The notes beneath the pieces were generated by a model. That model made no database searches and was not told the origin of the DNA. It saw nothing but the letters and a program-made list of their open reading frames with translations. A stretch of DNA of 49,003 nucleotides from assembly GCA_032718475.1 (NCBI GenBank), contig JAUCBJ010002603.1, forward strand, positions 1-49,003. Direction: 5' to 3'. A program made the position numbers and the translations under genes. How positions within the stretch are numbered: position 1 is the first letter of the stretch; each line of letters begins with the position of its first letter. Shown piece by piece: positions 45,096-49,003 of this stretch. The stretch is from Nemertoderma westbladi. Lineage: Eukaryota > Animalia > Xenacoelomorpha.

Positions 45096-46922
45096 CAAAT
45101 CAAATATATATATTTCCTTCTGGTACCAAACTGCACATACATAATTGTATATATGTTTGTGGGAATATTTTAATTGTTAATACTTGTACAAAAGCGCGCT
45201 GCTGCAGCTGGACAATAGCAATGCTAGTGAAGTTATATAATATAAATATAAAGTATAAATAAATATAAATAATATTGCATATACATACATAAATATATTA
45301 AGTTAAGTTAAGATAGAATGTTGACTGTAGTGGGCAGTGGCACATATGCATTTAATATTTTAATTGAACAGCTTTATTTATTTTTGTTTATTATTGGACA
45401 CAAGACGGATGCAAAAAAATAAACTAAAAAATATGTACTTCATTAGTAATTTTAAGGAAATCTAATAATTTGCATAGTGTAGCTGTAGCCTACCTTTTAT
45501 CAGTAGACCCATGCAGCATTAACTACATATAATATACCGCAATGCAACTATAACTGATAACTGGATACGATCACGACTAATTCAATATACATTAACAACA
45601 TTTATTATTGTTTTGGTTAGAAAAGTCCACCCCTGTGATTTAGTAATGACTTGGTTTATTGTTTTGGTTAAGAAAACTGCAACCAAAAACAGCGATCAGC
45701 GATTAACGATCAGCTAACAATCAAAAGCATGCATTTAAGAAATAAATAAAAGTTAGTACCAGTATTTAAACAGTGGCTGTTTATTTCGTATTTTTTAAAA
45801 ATTGGATGTCGATGATTAAAAGTTAATATTATATCAAACTGGTAAATCATAAAGTTTTTATTATTGTAGCTGAATAATGGGGAGATTTTATTTAAAACTT
45901 ATTTGATGGCATGGGGGCTTGGCATATAACTTTTGCAAGTTGAAGTTTGCAAGGTTGATTTTTTCACTTTTTAATGAGCAACATAACTGCAATTATAAAT
46001 TAAATGACTGCGTAAAATTAACTCTTTAACCGTATACAGTTACAATCTCCAATTATGTTCTTCGCAGTAGTGAAAAAATAAATTAATTATTAATTCATTA
46101 ATGCTATTATGTTGAATATGAAAATATTGGGCTAAGTTGCCCCGCTGCGCAAAGTAGCCCCATTTTACAGTACAGTTATGTTTGTGGAAGATTTAATAAC
46201 ATATTACTTCAGTCAGAAATAACTTTTTTCCCTATAAAATTATTAAATTTACATTTGTGATAGGCTTACTACGCACCAAAGAAAGACAGCAAATTTGTTT
46301 GTAATTTTCGGCGTTTGGGGACTTCGGCCGGCGGTAATTCATTGTCAGAATTAGAATCCATTATTACTTATGACATACAGTTCAGCATTAGAAAAAAACT
46401 GGAAAATCTTAAAAAAGCGTAGGACTACACTAACTGCTAACACTACCAGCACAACATAACACAAAACAAAAAAGAAACATAAAAAAAAGATATACTACAA
46501 CTAAACAGCACACACAACACACACTAGCACTAGGCAAAGCAGAACACAAAAAAGGTGGGGGAGAGTTGCTGAGAAACATCCCTTTTATTGGTAATATACA
46601 ACACACTCTACGTACCTAGCTAGCTCAAGGACTGCTATACTACAGGACTGGCACACTGAATATCCAGACCCCGCTAGCGGGGTCCATTAGTTGCAGAATT
46701 CCAGTACTGCTGTCTGGCTGTACAACTGTGTAATCAACCCAATTACTTATGTACTTTTTTAAATCAGTGGATTTATATTTATGTATTTAATATTTATTAT
46801 TTAGTAATGTTTAAAAAGGTTTAACATAACTACAGGCTGACAGGTTGCAGCTTAGTACCGGTAGCTACGGTAGTTTTAACACACATCACCGTAATATCAG
46901 ACTATTTGGGTTATGAACTGGA

Positions 46923-49003
46923 ATGGGGAAACACTGTTGTGTGTATGGATGCGATGGCAACTACGAGGGAAGAACTGTACGAACTGTCAAGCTCCCATTC
47001 GGCGTGGAACGTCAGCAATGGATTGCTGCTCTTCCAAAGCGGTCTGCTCCTGATGGATTGGCCATAAAGTATAGCGCCGATGCTGTATATGACATTGTGT
47101 GTGTGTGTGTATATGACATTGGCCAGGATTCCCGCAGGATATCCCTCATCGGAAGGTTCCCGGAGGAGCGTTGCGGCCGACTATCCCGCCATTCTTCTTT
47201 CCTGGGGTTCCAGCATCCTGTGTTCCTCTGCCACCAGGGAAAATACGAGCGGAGCCACCGATCGAAGAGCGACAGGTTCAATCGCTAAACCGCCAGGATG
47301 TAATTGGCGGGTTTGATATCTTCCGTGGCGATGTCGAAACGTGGATTTGCAACGATGTTTGTGTTGAATCCGTCGATATATTTGTTAAGATAACTGCTGA
47401 TTTCATTATGCTGTATGTTTTTGTCAGCGATTCCTACGCTGGCAAAATATGTATTGAAACGAGGCAGCTTCTCTGCAGTGATATCTATGTTACTGCGTTT
47501 AATCCTACTAACAAACGTATATCGCTCAACTATTGCCTCGCTCCTAACACGCAGCTCATTCGCTGGTCCCAGCTGTTGGAGGTTATTGTCGCAGTTAAAT
47601 GAAGCATGGTAGGAACTGATCGATGATTGATTGATGACGCTATCGCCTCCAGCTCTGATTATAAATACAAAACCCAGCTGGAGTTTATATCCCATCAGTT
47701 GCAGCTGCATTGTAGCGGTTCAAAGTGTTACTCACAGTCGGATTATCTACTGGCTGTTCAGGGCTACCCGCGTCTGCCATATAGTATACTGCGGCAGATT
47801 GCTATTCTTCCATGCGAAAGGAAGATAAGATCGCTAAAACAGGGAGTCACCAGTGATTTGCTCATAGAAACAGCCATTCGTAAAGCAAAGAACAGCTTAC
47901 CAGCTGGTACACCTGTTGCCGAATCCCCAAAGGCGATTCTTATAACGGACGAAGTAAAGGTGGTTCCCAAACTATTGTTTCAAGGACATGGAGTGTTTGG
48001 CTACACTAAGGATGACCCATCGGAGTTGGCCAACTCAGTCCTCTGCTCCATGGTTAAGATTTTATACGGGGACCTTCAGTGATGGTGCAGATGATTCCAG
48101 TTCATTCCATGACAGCCCTATTTGCCCATACGTGTATCAAGAAAGCAATTACCTCTTTCCACAAACATGGCGGTGATATTGTTGCTTTGGTAAATGACAA
48201 CCTCCGGGCCAACAATTGCTCGAACAATCTATTTTGTGACGAAATAGAGGATAAGGACAGACTAGAGCTATGTAAAGTACGTCATCCTTTGGATTCAACT
48301 CGACATCTATTCTTGATTCCTGATCCCGTCCATGTGTTAAAGTGTATCCACAATAATTGGATAACTGAGAAGAATCGGGAGCTCAAATTTGGTTGCCCTA
48401 TCGGTAAATGGAGTGATATAGTGGACTTATATGAGGAAGACAAGTCCAGAGTCTTACGTCTTACGTCACTAACAAAGGCAGCTATCAACCCATCCAACTT
48501 ACAGAAGCAGAATGTCAACCATGTGCTTTGCGTTTTTAACAACCATGTTGTAGCTGCGGTATTGGTGTCCGTCGCATATGGAGTCTTCGACAGATACCCA
48601 CAGGGCGCTGTGCCAGTCAGCGGCCGGTATGATAGACCTTTCTCGCTACCTTTTAAGCAGCGGGTTCACATACTTTCTTACTGGAACAGTTTCCCAAGAT
48701 CGCTTGGAGGATGAGTTCGGATGTCTGCGTGGTATGACCGGTTCTAACCAGTCAATTACTGTAAAGGATATTGAATCTGGGATGCGTCTACGTAGCCTTC
48801 TAGCATTTGTAAAGATGGGTGAAATGCCAGATGTGTTGACGGCCATTAAACACCCTATTGAATGTCCAGGTTGCGTAACCCCATTTACCGAAGAATCCCT
48901 TGTCCTTATAGATCGTTTGGGTGAACTTGAGGCTACTGTTGGTGAGCGGCATGCTGCTGCCTATGTAGCTGGTTATATCATTCGTGTAATTCCAGAGATA
49001 GAA
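46923..49003 (+). pseudogene. P-element superfamily (THAP9-like) transposase, frameshifted, running off the window
   Basis: THAP domain MGKHCCVYGC..LP..W..; ILITDEV; LVNDN; DPVHVLKCIHNNW; NLQKQNV; QDRLEDEFG; AYVAGYI. Possible left end near 46643. Confidence 0.9.

Noticed and set aside
46400-46620. A/C-rich tract
   Set aside because: Low complexity only; no assignable structure.

Overview
AT-rich, repeat-saturated eukaryotic (invertebrate-like) genomic DNA with one clear host gene: an intronless mitochondrial Glu-tRNA(Gln) amidotransferase subunit A (QRSL1/gatA, minus strand, 33284-34840). Bases 1-15916 are a young BEL/Pao LTR retrotransposon with long LTRs (about 2 kb) and a gag-pol carrying one frameshift and one nonsense codon. 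It has no tRNA primer-binding site; instead the 11 nt right after the 5' LTR are perfectly complementary to a segment inside the LTR, as in Tf1-type self-priming. It also carries an extra ORF with three zinc knuckles, seven dispersed copies of a conserved hairpin motif, and a tRNA-like Pol III cassette. The rest is nested transposon debris: two CR1/L2-group LINEs, an RTE LINE, a SINE, and a Harbinger element containing an Academ element containing a piggyBac containing a Sola1-like element. There are also several MITEs, a Helentron-like non-autonomous element, and hAT, HECT-domain and THAP/P-element relics. All calls come from reading the sequence by eye; no searches or folding programs were run.
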